Shown here piece by piece: positions 47,534 to 60,315 of a stretch of 64,000 nucleotides of DNA. Position numbers and translations under genes: made by a program. The DNA comes from a virus. The notes beneath the pieces are model-generated. The model saw only the letters and a program-made list of their open reading frames with translations, was not told the DNA's origin and ran no database searches. Each line of letters opens with the position of its first letter. The stretch's first letter is position 1. The stretch is taken from IMG/VR virus record IMGVR_UViG_3300045988_046609; one strand, given 5' to 3'.

Positions 47534-48109
47534 ATGAAAGAGAAAGAAGTCTGGAAAGATATTCCAGGATATCCTGATTACTAGATTAGTAGTCTTGGTA
47601 GAGTAAAGTCTCTATAGCATACTGTGTTTCATTCACCTTCTAGAAGATTTCCAAATGGTAGGTAGGTAACGTATAAAGAAAAAATTTTAGTTCCAGCTAT
47701 AGAAGGAGGAGGTTATTGCTTTGTAGTCTTATATAAAGATAAAGTAAAAAGAAGTTATAGAATACACAGATTGGTTGCATAGATGTTTTTAAATAATCCA
47801 AATAATTATGATTAGGTTAATCATAAAGATGAAGACAAATTAAATAACTGTGTAGATAATCTAGAATGGTGTGATGCTAAGTATAATGTTAATTATGGCA
47901 CTGGAAAATATAGGAAAACTTTAAGTAGACGTATTCCAGTATTACAATTTACACTTGACGGAGTATTCATAAGAGAACACGATAGTGCTACTGAAGCGGC
48001 ATACTCTTTAGGATTAAAATAGTTTTATGCTAGAGACATTCTTAGAGCATGTAGTGGACGATATAAAACAGTAAAAAATTTTATTTGGAAATTTAAAAAT
48101 AATAACTAA
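47534..48109 (+). CDS. HNH homing endonuclease (NUMOD4-like N-terminus plus HNH_3-like core), itself TAG-recoded
   Basis: Hand translation: MKEKEVWKDIPGYPDY-TAG-ISSLGRVKSL-TAG-HTV...YRIHRLVA-TAG-MFLNNPNNYD-TAG-VNHKDEDKLNNCVDNLEWCD... Seven in-frame TAG codons counted. TAA stop. Confidence 0.75.
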
Positions 48110-48114
48110 AATAT

Positions 48115-49584
48115 ATGGATAACAATATATTAAATAATTTGGTTTTGTACAAAGGCAAGTGGTTCAGTGATCTGATTGATACTGCTAAAATTTCAGCAGC
48201 TTCACAATAGAATCCGTATCAGGTTGCTACCGTATTGTCTTATGTATTTGGTACTAAAGATAATGGTTACAACACTTCTTTGGATATGCTCACTGGCGGT
48301 CTTGGTAATGTAATGACCATTGATCAGCCTAGTTGGGAGTGGAATGTAATGATTGATGCTGATAGAGCAGTAACAATTAGAGATGCTAAATGGAATGGTG
48401 CAGCTATCACAGATTCTTCTACAGCTGGTTTGGGTAATACTCCAATCATGTTGTGGTTAGAAGATAATTGGTTCGGACCTACCGCTGTATTGGAATTTGA
48501 TAACAAGGACTTCCAAGTACGCGTTGCAGGTGCTCCTTACCAAGATGGTAATCTGTGGGTTTATACCTGTTATATTGCAGACGGCCAGCCTACTTCTTAT
48601 ATTCCTGCTGAATACCTGAAACCTGGTTGCCAAGTGTCACGTCTAGCTTCTGCTGTAGAAGAATATAGTGAAGAAGGTGATATCCTGAACTATAATACTG
48701 CATTTAAGATGCGTAATTATTTAACTACAATTCGTATCAATTATGATATTACTGGTTCAGCTTATTCTACAGTAATGGCTATTGCATTGCAGGATCCTAA
48801 GACAGGTAAGAAATCTTATCTGTGGGCAGACTACCAAGAATGGGTTGCTATGAGAGAGTGGTATAAGAGATGTGAAAGAATGTTGGTTTACATGAAGAAC
48901 AATGTAAACAAAGATGGTACTTGTAATCTGAAAGGTACTAACGGGCGTCCTGTATTTATGGGTGCTGGTTTGTTGGAACAGATTGCTCCGTCTAACAAAC
49001 GTTACTATACTAGACTTACTGCAGAATTGTTAGAAGACTTCTTATTTGATCTGTCATATAATGTACTTGGTACTAATGAACGTAAGTTTGTTGCATTGAC
49101 CGGTGAGATGGGTATGAGAGAATTTGATAGAATTCTGAAAGAAAAGATGGTTAACATGAATCTTATTGACACAGTATTTGTTACAGGTTCTGGCGATAAT
49201 CTTACTTTTGGTGGTCAGTTTAAGACTTACAAAATGACTAATGGTATTGAATTGACTCTGAAGTACTTCCCGTTGTATGATGATGTTACTTATAGTCGTC
49301 AATTACATCCTGTTACGTTGAAACCTCTAGAATCATATCGTATGACATTCTTAGATCTTGGTAGACGTGATGGTGAGGCTAACATCGTAAAAGTAGTTCG
49401 TAAAGATCGCGAGTTTGTTACTTGGTATACTGGTGGTGCAGTTGCTCCGTCTGGTTATGCAAATTCTAAGAATACTCTGAGATCTAATGGTAAGGATGGT
49501 TATACTGTATTCTTCCTTGGAGAGATGGGTATTATGATTAGAGATCCCCGCGCATGTGGCGAGCTCATAATGGAAGCTGAATAA
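48115..49584 (+). CDS. major capsid protein candidate (about 489 codons), one in-frame TAG
   Basis: ATG 48115 in frame 1, with a TAG at 48208-48210, then track ORF 48235-49584. The call rests on size, position after the scaffold-like gene, and few TAG codons. Followed by a strong hairpin. Confidence 0.7.
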
Positions 49585-49657
49585 ATTGTTGATAACTAAC
49601 CACAGCATAAATTAAATTCTTACGTTATAGTAGTATAAACTAAAAAATTATACTACT

Positions 49658-50278
49658 ATGACAAGAATTTATAAAATAACAGATAATACTAATAATAAGA
49701 TTTATATAGGACAGACATTTAGAGATCTTAAAAAAAAGATTTAGTGACCATAAGAGTCATGCTATTAAATCTGAAAGACCTAACGATTTAAATTGTTTAT
49801 TGTATCAAGCTATGCGAGAGCATGGTACTGCTAATTTTAGTATTGATTTATTAGAAGAAGTAGATGGTACTAGATATGAAGGAGACAAGAGAGAGGCATT
49901 CTGGATAGCTGAATTGGACGCTATGAATCCCGAAAAGGATATAATAAGGATAAAGGTGGTCATACAATATCAGAAGCATGCCGTAGAGCTAGAATAAAAC
50001 AATTAACTGGTTCCAAGTTAGAAGGAAAACAATTAGAAATAGTTAGAGATAATGGGAAGAAAATGTCTAAGAAAGTATGTCAGTACAATGTTAATACTGG
50101 TGAACTAATCGCAGAATATCCAAGTATAATAGGAGCTAGTAGAGATACAGGATGTGATAGAAGAACTATTCAAAGGCAATTAAATGGAGAAGCAAATATC
50201 GGAACTCCACATTCTATAGGAAATCTTAAGTATATCTGGAAATATAAAGAACAACTAACTGAACAATCTAATATTTAA
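49658..50278 (+). pseudogene. GIY-YIG homing endonuclease disrupted by two homopolymer frameshifts
   Basis: N-terminus IYKITDNTNNKIYIGQT in frame 2 breaks at an A8 run (49730-49737). The middle part RFSDHKSH...AFWIAELDAMNPEK is in frame 0. There is a second break at an A4 run (49933-49936). The C-terminus GYNKDKGGH...ASRDTGCDRRTIQRQLNG is back in frame 2. Confidence 0.7.
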
Positions 50279-50282
50279 TATT

Positions 50283-51035
50283 ATGGAAATAATCGTTAGA
50301 ATAATTAAATCAAATCCTTGGATAGGGATTACAAAATGGCCTACATGTTATGATCATGTAAGCTCATACTGGACTAGATCCGGTAATTTATATACAGGTT
50401 TAACTGCAGAAGATGCAGCTAGATTAGAAAAAGAATTAGGTTTTGCAGAAGGTCATTTGGCACCTAATAGTAACTATTGGGATACTTTTGCCATTAAGAT
50501 CGGCAAAAAAGATGTATTACTTGATACTGATAAACCTGAAGATGAACTAAAATATCTGTTCCTTAAAGGGCATAAGAGAGTGGCAAATGGGTTGAATAAA
50601 ATAACACCTGCTACTGATTATGTTATTATTAACAAGAACAGTGAAGCTGAAGAAGCTAATAAGATCAATAAGATCAAACGTGAAGCATATAGAGAAATGG
50701 ATAAGATGTCCATTGAAGACATGCGTAAGTGTTTAAGACTTTATGGAATTAGAACTGAAAACATGTCTAATGAGCTTATTGAAGCTAAATTGACAGAACA
50801 GATTGAAAAAGATCCTAGATCTTACATACTTAAATGGGTAGAAAACCCAAACAAAGAAATAAACTTTGTAATTGAAGAAGCTATTGCAAAGAATATCATT
50901 AGAAAGAATAGGGCTCAATATTACTTTGGTACAGATCTGATTGGTAATGGTTTGGAAGATGTAATAGCTTATTTGAAAGATAAGAAGAATAATGATATTA
51001 AGATGGCAATCTTAAATGAAATTAAGTCTAAATAA
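50283..51035 (+). CDS. hypothetical virion-module protein (no TAG)
   Basis: 250-aa ORF with TAA stop. Confidence 0.7.
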   Translation: MEIIVRIIKSNPWIGITKWPTCYDHVSSYWTRSGNLYTGLTAEDAARLEKELGFAEGHLAPNSNYWDTFAIKIGKKDVLLDTDKPEDELKYLFLKGHKRVANGLNKITPATDYVIINKNSEAEEANKINKIKREAYREMDKMSIEDMRKCLRLYGIRTENMSNELIEAKLTEQIEKDPRSYILKWVENPNKEINFVIEEAIAKNIIRKNRAQYYFGTDLIGNGLEDVIAYLKDKKNNDIKMAILNEIKSK

Positions 51036-51733
51036 TGAATAACCGTACTGCACATATTTAGTTTAAAGTTATCCTAGATAAGAATGCTTAGGGAGTTGCC
51101 TTTGGGGGAGCTCCTGCATTCCTACCTTAGGAGATAGATTTATTTCTTAACTAGGCTTAGGACGATGTAATAAGCAACAAAATAAGCGGCAACAACGTAC
51201 TAAAGTTAGGTTTTGAAGGATCATTACAGAGAATATCTGAATTAGATAAGCTCATACGTACAGATGAAAATATAATAATGCAGAAGAATGTATATAATGA
51301 ATTTGTATTAGATAATGTACATGCTGATGGAAATAGAGTAACGATATGGGCGGTAACACTAAAGTATGGCAATAATTTTGCTAACTGCATGATTGTTGAT
51401 CATAATACTGCACTGTTATTCAAACAGACTTATAATAATATACCTTGGGTAGAAGTACCAGTAGTAGTATTGGAAGATAATAAAATGTTACTGTACGTTG
51501 ATCCAATATTAATGCAGCAGACAGATTATGCTCCCTCTAACAATAAATATGCAGTAAATATTACTTACATAAAGAAACCTACTCAATTTGACTATACTAA
51601 TCTAGACGGTGAATTAGATTTACCTGATGATGTAATGTCAGAAGTAATAAATAGAGCTGTAGTGTTAGCATTAGAAAATATTGAATCTCAAAGAACCTCT
51701 AGTAAATTACAGTTAAACCAATTATCTGAATAA
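51035..51733 (+). CDS. virion-module protein, TAG-recoded (232 codons)
   Basis: The ATG overlaps the previous TAA. Frame 2 contains five early TAG codons and then track ORF 51278-51733. Confidence 0.6.
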
Positions 51734-51735
51734 TT

Positions 51736-52401
51736 ATGACAGAAAGAGAATTTCAAGTAGCATTTGAAAGGTAGTTGAGTACTATAGTTCCTGGTTACAA
51801 TCTAAAGGTAAAGTTACCTTCAGATACTATATTCTTCTATATCAATAAAGCTAAAGATGAATACGTAAAACAGGTATATAGAGTATTCCAACAGAATCAA
51901 GAACTATCTGATAAGTTACGTACATTAGTATAGACAAATACGTATAATTCTTTGGACTTTAAAGTACAAGATAACAAATGGATAGTACAATATCCCAATA
52001 ACTATTTATTCAGTTTAGGAGAAGAAGTTTAGATTAAAATACTTGACAATAAATGTCCTAACTTAGTAACTAAAACTAGAGATGTCATTGAAGCCACTAT
52101 TGAAACGGTAGATCGAATACTGGAAAACAGTCTTTCGGAATATCACTTACATCATAATTAGGCCAGACCAGTTAGATTGCAAACAGAAAACAATATTGTA
52201 TTGTATACTGACGGTAATTATGCTATTCACAAATATACCCTCACTTTTCTAAGGTCTGCAAAAAATATAGGTTAGAATTTAACCAAAGAGTACACAGAAT
52301 TACCTGAACATACTCATTAGGAAATTGTAGATGCGGCTGTAAATATGTATATAGCACAAGCTGCTTCAACACAAAGATCAGAGAAATCTGATGAACAATA
52401 A
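51736..52401 (+). CDS. virion-module protein, TAG-recoded (221 codons)
   Basis: Not in the track. Hand-read in frame 1 from ATG 51736 to TAA at 52399-52401, with six in-frame TAG codons and no other stops. Confidence 0.6.
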
Positions 52402-52498
52402 TGCGTTCATGAACGTGGAAATCTGAAATAAGGAAAGTAGAACATGAACTAAGTTTACATGAGCGCGCATTTATGTTAAACTAAAAATAAATTTTAAA

Positions 52499-53470
52499 AT
52501 GATTCAACACGTAAATACCGTTTTAATCGGTAAAAATCTTCCATCAGCTTATACTACTGCTGATGCACTTTCTGCAGGTGATGTTGCTCTGTTTGACCAG
52601 AATAGAGCTATTATCAAAACAGCTGCTGACGCAGCTAAAGCTACTTCTTTGTATATAGGTGTAGCTCAGAATAAAGTAAAAGTTACTATGCCTGACGGTA
52701 GTGTGGCTGATAAGGCTAATATTAAATTTGGTAATGAAATTCAGAAGAATTCTAATCCAAGTGCAGTTATTGGAGAATATGTAGCTCCGGTTTAGGACAA
52801 GATTGTTATTACTCTTACCGATGCTACTATCATTGCAGGTCACAGATATGTACTGAGAATAGTATATAAAGACATGTATGAAGCTCCGGGTCAGTTTACA
52901 CATACTTATGAAGTATTTGCTGCTAACACTACTGCTGCTGACTTAGCTGATGCTATCGTTAAAAAGATTAATAAACATGCTAACCGTAGAGTTAATGCGT
53001 CTGCATCTACTGCAGTTATTACTTTAACTGCAATGGAAAAAGATGACAATAACGGTGTATATTCATTGAATGAATATTCTGTAGTAGATATGGAAGCTAG
53101 TTTGTATGTTACTATTCCTGGTGCTATTTTGAGTAACCAGCCTGATGCTATTCCTGGTGCTACGATCGTTAAAACTCCTGGTAATCCTGGTAAAGGTTAC
53201 TGGAAACAAGTACGTGATGCTGAGGTGCGCTATATGGGTTACCAAGGTCATGTGTTTACTGGGGCTTATCCTGAAGTAGTACAAGATAGAATGGTAGAGC
53301 AAGATGCTACTTACGATTACATTACTGTAGAAAACGATAATAAGTATTTGAGTAACGATAATCAATACATCAAAACCACTCCGCTTACTACTGAACTGTA
53401 TGTTAAGCATTCAACTGATTTTGCTACTTCTATTGTAGCAAAAGGTATCGAAAACTTCATCGCTGCCTAA
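52499..53470 (+). CDS. abundant-structural-protein candidate (323 codons), one in-frame TAG
   Basis: Frame 2 joins track ORFs 52499-52795 and 52874-53470 through TAG at 52793. Followed by a terminator. Confidence 0.65.
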
Positions 53471-53492
53471 TAATTAACATTTTACTAAACGA

Positions 53493-53536
53493 AAGTGGGG
53501 CGGGTTGGATTATTCCTTCCCACTCCACTTTTTTAT
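53493..53536 (+). terminator. intrinsic terminator
   Basis: Imperfect GC-rich hairpin AAGTGGGGCGGG...CCCACTCCACTT, followed by TTTTTT. Confidence 0.6.
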
Positions 53537-53539
53537 TTT

Positions 53540-54163
53540 ATGATTATGAATAAAATAGTTAATGTAAACTTTAAAAACGATACTATGACTTTTGAAGTAT
53601 ATAGCACTATATCTATAGTAAATACTAATGACATAGTTCTATATGTTGACGAATGTTTAAATATCGCTAATATTTACTGTGATAGTCCAGATAATCATGA
53701 TTATGTATTGAATTACACTAATTGTGAGTTCACTCTGAAAGAAATCGTAAGAGATGGAGAAGAGAAGGAAGTAACTACATAGTATGCATATGAGATATCT
53801 GCTACATCAGATATTATATCTAAGTTTGATACTAATATTAAGTACATTAAAATGTTTTGTACTACAGAGAGATACGCAAATGACTATGCAGATGGAGTGT
53901 ACTATAATCCTAATATACTTTATAATGCTGAAATAAGAGTATTACACAATTATTGTAGCACCTGTTTAGATGATAGACAAATGCAAACTATAATGTTAAT
54001 AGTCTTTAAAAGACAGCTTCTAGAATAGGCTATTGCTACTTCTCATAATAAAGAGGCTTTGCAGTTTTACTTAGAATTAAGTAAGTTATTAGACGTTAAT
54101 ATAGACAGTAATGTAGCTAGCACTCCTTGTAATAAATGTATTAACGGAGTATGTAAATTATAA
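53540..54163 (+). CDS. virion-module protein, TAG-recoded
   Basis: Frame 2 from ATG 53540 (MIMNKIVNV...) runs through TAG at 53780 and one further TAG to TAA at 54161-54163. Cys-rich C-terminus. Confidence 0.6.
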
Positions 54164-54170
54164 AAATATT

Positions 54171-54383
54171 ATGTGCACATGTAATGAATTAAAATAGTTC
54201 TTATATGTTGCTCTAGACTTCTAGGGTAACATCGTAGTAATATCAGATTATGCTAGTTATCCTAATGTAGAAGTTGATCCAAAAGATAACTAGATTACTT
54301 TTGATGAACCAGATGTTAAAGACTTTATTAAACCAGATACAAAATTAATTTTTTAGAATGGAATACACAAAATTATTAGGTAA
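54171..54383 (+). CDS. possible small protein with four in-frame TAG codons
   Basis: Frame 0 reads MCTCNELK-TAG-FLYVALDF-TAG-GNIVVISDY... and ends at TAA, overlapping the tail-fibre start by 26 nt. Weak support. Confidence 0.3.
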
Positions 54384-57300
54384 AGTTACTCTTACTTGTG
54401 ACGGTAAGCATGATTCTTCTAAAGAATATGATAGATTATGTTTAGTCTATGACGAACAATATAGGTCTTTCATATCTATAAAAGAAGTACCAAGTAATAT
54501 AAGTTTGACTAACGAATCATATTGGCAACCTATAAGTGTAGTATATGCTGATGGTGAGGATATAAAAGTAGATGATGATCTTAGTCTTAAATTTGCTGAT
54601 AAAGAGTATAATCCTAGCAAATATAGTGGATTAGGTAGAAAAATTCTACGAAAAAGAATAGTTAATAACAAAAATATACTGCTACAAACTGATTTTGATA
54701 GTAGTGATACTATATATGTAATTCAATACGAATTTGATTTACAAGGTAAAACTATCACTATACCAAACAATAGTATATTGTTATTCGAAGGAGGTAAGTT
54801 CGTAAACGGTGACGTAGTATTAAATGATACTATGATATTACCATAGGGCATTGACGTAGCAGAACATATAGAAGGAAATATTACAGGTACCTATAAAGAC
54901 GGATAGATATACTACGATTCAGTTAAGGATAGTTTAATAGCAGTAGTAAATAATAACAAGATAGATCTTTCTACGCCTAATATTACTAATGAGTATACCA
55001 AATTTACTTGGATTAAATATTCTCCTTCCCAATATGGAGACTAGATGACAGATCAGCCGGAAGAAGACTCACAGTATATTGGTATTGCTTCCAATAAAGA
55101 AACCGAAGAACCAAGTAATAATCCATTAGATTACGTGTGGGCTAAATTTGTAGGTCCATAGGGTGCGCAAGGTTTAAGGGGAGAAAGAGGATTTCAAGGT
55201 CCTCAAGGAGAACAAGGGCCTCCTGGTAAAGATGGATTAGATGGAAAACCAGGGCAATCTGTGAAACCAAATTGGAATACATGGGTGTTTAAGCAAGCAG
55301 AATTGCAGCCATCTAAACCTACTTTTGTTACCCCTACTCCTGGAGTATCTGGTATTGACGGTTGGTTTGATGGTCCTAGCGCTGAAGGTAAATGGTGGAT
55401 GTCTATGGGTTTAGTAGATGGTAGTACAAATACTGTAGCCACTTGGTCTGACCCTGTATAGTGTACAGCTGAAGACGGTAAAACTAATACCTATATGGAT
55501 TTCAAATATTCTAAGAGTGTATCCATAAATATAATACCAGCATTAAATAAAACTAGTAGAAATCCTGTTGGTTGGGAAGATACTCCACCTACATTAGCTC
55601 CAGGTGAGTTTATGTGGATGATCAATGCTCTTATAGATGAGAACAATGAGTTAGTCAAGGAATGGTAGGGTCCGATAAGAATAACTGGTGAACAAGGGCC
55701 ACAAGGTGAACCTGGATAGGGAGAACCTGGAGATACTTATAACACGGTGTTCGCATATAAATCTAGTGTAGAAAAACCAGAGAAACCAGTAGGAGGAGAA
55801 TGGGATGCTGACACTAATACCATAGTATATCCAGAAGGTTGGTCTAGTAATGACGAAGAATTAACTCCACCTGTGTGGATGTCCAATAAAGTGTTTACAT
55901 CCAATCCTAATATACAAGGGGAATGGTCAGAACCTATAAAGATATCTGGGCAAGATGGTGCAGCTGGAACTGATGGTAATTCGGTAGAATTTATTTATAC
56001 TCGTACAACTGATTCGGGAGTAGGTGATGCTCCTGAAACTCCTGTAGGAGAAGATGTAGATGATTTTATTCCTCTTAATTGGACAGATAATCCTAAGGGA
56101 GTAACTTCTATATTAAAAGCAGAATGGGTTAGTACCAGAAGTAAAAAGGATAATAAATGGGGAGAATTTAGCACCCCTGCATTATGGTCTAAGTGGGGAG
56201 AGAACGGATAGGACGGAGATGGAGTTCAATATATATTCTATAGAACTGCTACGAATAATGATCCTGATAATCCTACTCCAAATAATACTAATTCAGACGC
56301 ATATCAAGAAACTGGAGACTTCGAAGGTATTGAATATATACCAGGAGATGGTTGGACTGATAACCCACAAGGAGTTACTAAAGAACTATAGTATGAATGG
56401 GTATGTCAAAGAAAATTTAGAGGGGGACGATGGAGAGCTTACACAGGACCTTCATTATGGGCTAAATATGGTAAAGATGGTTTAGACGGACTAGGTAGTA
56501 TCGTATTAGACTTGGACAATGAAGTTCAATCGGTAGCTACAGATAACTTAGGGGCTGTAATATCTGGATTACCGGTTACTACCAAATTGACTATGTATTA
56601 TGGTACTACCGAACTGAATCTTAGTTCTTTAAGTGTACGTCAAGTAAATGGAATTACAGCTACAGCAGATAGAAAGACTGGTATAATAACAGTGAGTGCT
56701 ATAACTCCTTCAGCTCCTACTAATATTCGTATACCTATTGATGCTTCGTGCGTATGGAACAATGAGTTAATAGAAAGAACTACTTATCTTACTATTAATA
56801 AAATTAAACCAGGTGCAGATGGTCAGGATGCAATATTATATTCTTTAGTGCCTTCTGTAGATGCTATGCACGTAGACAAAAAAGGAGTAGCTGATGTTAA
56901 GTTTATTAGCTGTGGGATTAAGAAGACCCAAGGAAAAGTTACTACTATGCTCACTTCTGTTCCTGCTGGATTCCAATTTAAATACGTGATAGACGAAGAC
57001 TTAGCTGAGAACTATACTATAGATTAGAATTTATCTGTTACTTCTATAGATAAAAAAGTAACATTCCTACTTACTAGTGGAGAAACTCTAGTAGATAAAG
57101 AGACTGTATTCAAAATAAGTGATGGTAAGGATGGAGTTGATGGTGTAGGAGGATTAGTAACAGACTTTGACAATGATATGTAGTCTGTTGCTTGTGATTC
57201 TAAAGGTAATGTGATTTCTGGATTGCCATTAACTACTACAGTAAGCATGTACTACGGCACTACTAAGTTAGTATTAGATAGTTTAGCTGTAGGATCCGTA

Positions 57301-59721
57301 GAAGGAATAACTGCTAGTGCAAATGCATCAACAGGGGTAATTACAGTAACAAGCATATCTTCTACTACCGGAGATGTTATAAGAATTCCTGTAAATGTTA
57401 AAGCTTCTAATGAAGGTACTCAATATGTTAGAGATGTAATATTTACTATAAATAAGATAAGACCAGGAGCAGATGGAGAGAATGCAAAAGTATATTCTTT
57501 ATTACCTTCAGTAAACGCTATTCATAGATTTAAAGATGATAGTAATGAAGTAAACTCTGTTTGGTGTGATCTTCAATTAATAGAAGGAGATACTATTAAA
57601 ACTCTAAATACTACTCCAACTGGATATAAATTCACATACAAAGTAGATAATGGAGGTGAAGCTAATTATTCAATAGGTAGTGTAGTAGCCAGTAGTTCCA
57701 TTACAGCTCAGGTGACATTTACTTTATACGATGAGAGATCAGGCAATAGAGTAACAGTGGATACAGAAACTATATACGTTATTAGAGATGGTAAGGATGG
57801 TGAAGACGGACAACCTGGAACTGTTCCAAATTGGAAGACTTACGTATATAAGTAGTCAAACACTAAACCAGATAAACCTACTTTTAGAGTTCCTCAACCC
57901 GAAGGATTAGACGGTTGGGTTGACTTTCCAGATTCTTCTACGGGACAATGGTGGCAATGTATAGGTTTAGTATACGGAGAAACCAATAGTGTTCATGTTT
58001 GGGGAGAGGTAGTTCCATTAAATGGTAAAGATGGAGTAGCTCAAGACGGTAAGTATACTGAATTTAGATTCAAAGCTGTGACTACAGGTTATTCTCCTGG
58101 TACTCCTTAGTAGGTCCGTAATCCGGCAGGATGGAATACTACAGTACCTTCTGTGGATGAGAGTATAGAAACGCTATGGATGATAATGGCTGTTATAACT
58201 CCTAATGATACATTGGAATCTAGTTGGAGTACTCCTGTAAGAATAAGTGGTGAAACAGGGTAGGACGGAGAACCGGGAGCAACATTATACACTTGGATAA
58301 AATATTCAGATAACGAACCTACTTCTGACGCTGACATATATGACACACCTAATAGATATACTAAATATATTGGTATAGCATATAATAAGACCAGTCCTGT
58401 AGAAAGTACAGATTATGAAGTCTATGAATGGACTAAGTGGGTAGGAGCTGATGGTAATAAAGGTAGGATAATATATCCAGTAGGTACTTACAGTGACAGT
58501 AAGACATATACCTGTACTGATGAAAAGGCACCATATGTGTTCTTTAATGATGAGTACTATGTGATGAACAAAAACGGTAATTGGTTAGGTACTAGCACTG
58601 GAAAGACTCCAGAACAAGATTGGAACACCAATGGCAGTAATGCTACATGGATCTTAATGGATAAATACGAAGCCTTGTTCACTAAAATATTAATTGCGGA
58701 TGGTGGCAGCATGGGTAAATTTATATTCAATGGAGATTACATGTTTAGCCAAGAAGGAGTTGACGGTGGAGGAAATGCTACTAGTAATTATTAGAATTTT
58801 ACTAACAATATTGTTAATTTTACTAACCATTTCACCATGCCCTCAGATTCCAACTGGGTAGATGAAGTATCAATAGAGACATATAAAGTAACTGTACGTA
58901 ATGCTGTTGTATCTATGATGTGGGGAGTTAATACAGATATAGTTAGTACTACTAAATAGACACCTGAATTTAAAATAAAAGTTAAAGGAGTAAAAACTTA
59001 TCCTTCGGCAACTGTACAATTACAATATAAATATATTAAGAATGGTAATCTAAAGTACATACAAATGCCTATAACTAGTTCTACAGTAGAATATACTTTA
59101 CCGGCTAGTGAAGCCGGCAGTGGAGGAGACTATACTACATCTATAGAGATAGCACAGTTTGGTACTGGATCTTTAAGCGTATCGTTTGAATTTTATATAA
59201 GTAGTGTATTTATTCCTAATTTCATGGTAAATGCTGTCACTGGATAGGTAGATATGAATAAAGGAGTAATAAGAATGAGAAGTGCCGAGGCATATGATAA
59301 GTTATACTACTCATAGCTAACTGGTAGCACATCAGTATATAGACCTGATATTACATCTAATAAACAGCTAATGATAATAGATGATATTGGAGCTACTGAT
59401 TATACCATATCGTTACCTTTTAATGATGCTTATGAAGGTATGTCAATATATATATTTTATACTTCTACTACTGGTGCTGGCAACTACGCACTGAGAATAG
59501 TAACTGAAAACTCTCAGAGTGATTTACCTGGAGGAGTAGGTAAATTCCTATATAACGGTTCATTAAGTTTAAGTATAATAACATTAACTCCTAATAAGTT
59601 TGTATAGCTTAAATACACCAACATGGCTTCTGGATATGTAATGTCTGGTAGTACCGTTGTTCCATTTAATTGCCCTGCTTGGATGGTTGAAAATGGGTCT
59701 GATTTCTAGAGACAAATATAA
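54358..59721 (+). CDS. giant tail fibre/spike protein (about 1787 codons), heavily TAG-recoded, with collagen-like and duplicated domains
   Basis: The frame-1 reading joins track ORFs 54358-54846, 55261-55461, 55747-56211, 56512-57027, 57211-57855, 58537-58794, 59065-59247 and 59371-59607 through TAG only. G-X-Y run GAQGLRGERGFQGPQGEQGPPGKDGLDGKPGQ near 55165-55260. TAA stop at 59719-59721. Confidence 0.75.
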
Positions 59722-59723
59722 TT

Positions 59724-59990
59724 ATGAATGATCTAAATAATTACGTAAATAATAAACTATTATACTCTGTAAAGTATAATAACAGAGACGTAGTATCTGC
59801 TATATGCTCTAATGAGTTATAGTTTCTACTTACTAAAGTAGAATTTGTTCAAGATAGATAGATGCTAGAATCTATGATCTGTGGAATTAATAGACAGATA
59901 GATAAAGATATACCTTTAAAGTTAGTTAAAGTGTGTAACATAATAAATTGTAAAGACTGTAATTATTGCAGGACCTGTTGCTCAAATTAA
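59724..59990 (+). CDS. small Cys-rich protein, two in-frame TAG codons
   Basis: Hand-read in frame 0. The C-terminus is ...VCNIINCKDCNYCRTCCSN-TAA. Confidence 0.45.
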
Positions 59991-60024
59991 CGTTCAGTAT
60001 TATTATTAACTAAATATGTAAATT

Positions 60025-60315
60025 ATGAAAATAGATTTTAAAAATATAGTTATTAGAGATATTGAGGGTAATGAAGAGAATATAGACATGTCAAAAGAGT
60101 TAGGTAAAATTCTTTATAGATCTGCTATAAGTAAAGAAGGATTAGAACTAGCTAAGGACATTTATGACAATGGTGAAGTAGAACTTGACAAAGATGCTGC
60201 AATTTCTATAAAAGGTGTAGTATCTAACGGCTTCTTAGCCATAGTTCAAGAATCTGTAATACCTATGTTAGATGAAATTATAAATTCTGAAAACAATGAC
60301 CAACAAGCTGAGTGA
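60025..60315 (+). CDS. hypothetical protein
   Basis: 96-aa ORF, preceded by TTATTAACTAA. Confidence 0.6.
   Translation: MKIDFKNIVIRDIEGNEENIDMSKELGKILYRSAISKEGLELAKDIYDNGEVELDKDAAISIKGVVSNGFLAIVQESVIPMLDEIINSENNDQQAE

Noticed and set aside
56512-57855. Duplicated fibre modules considered as a diversity-generating retroelement template/variable repeat pair.
   Set aside because: The copies differ at all base types rather than adenine-specifically, both are in frame within one gene, and no reverse transcriptase is present.
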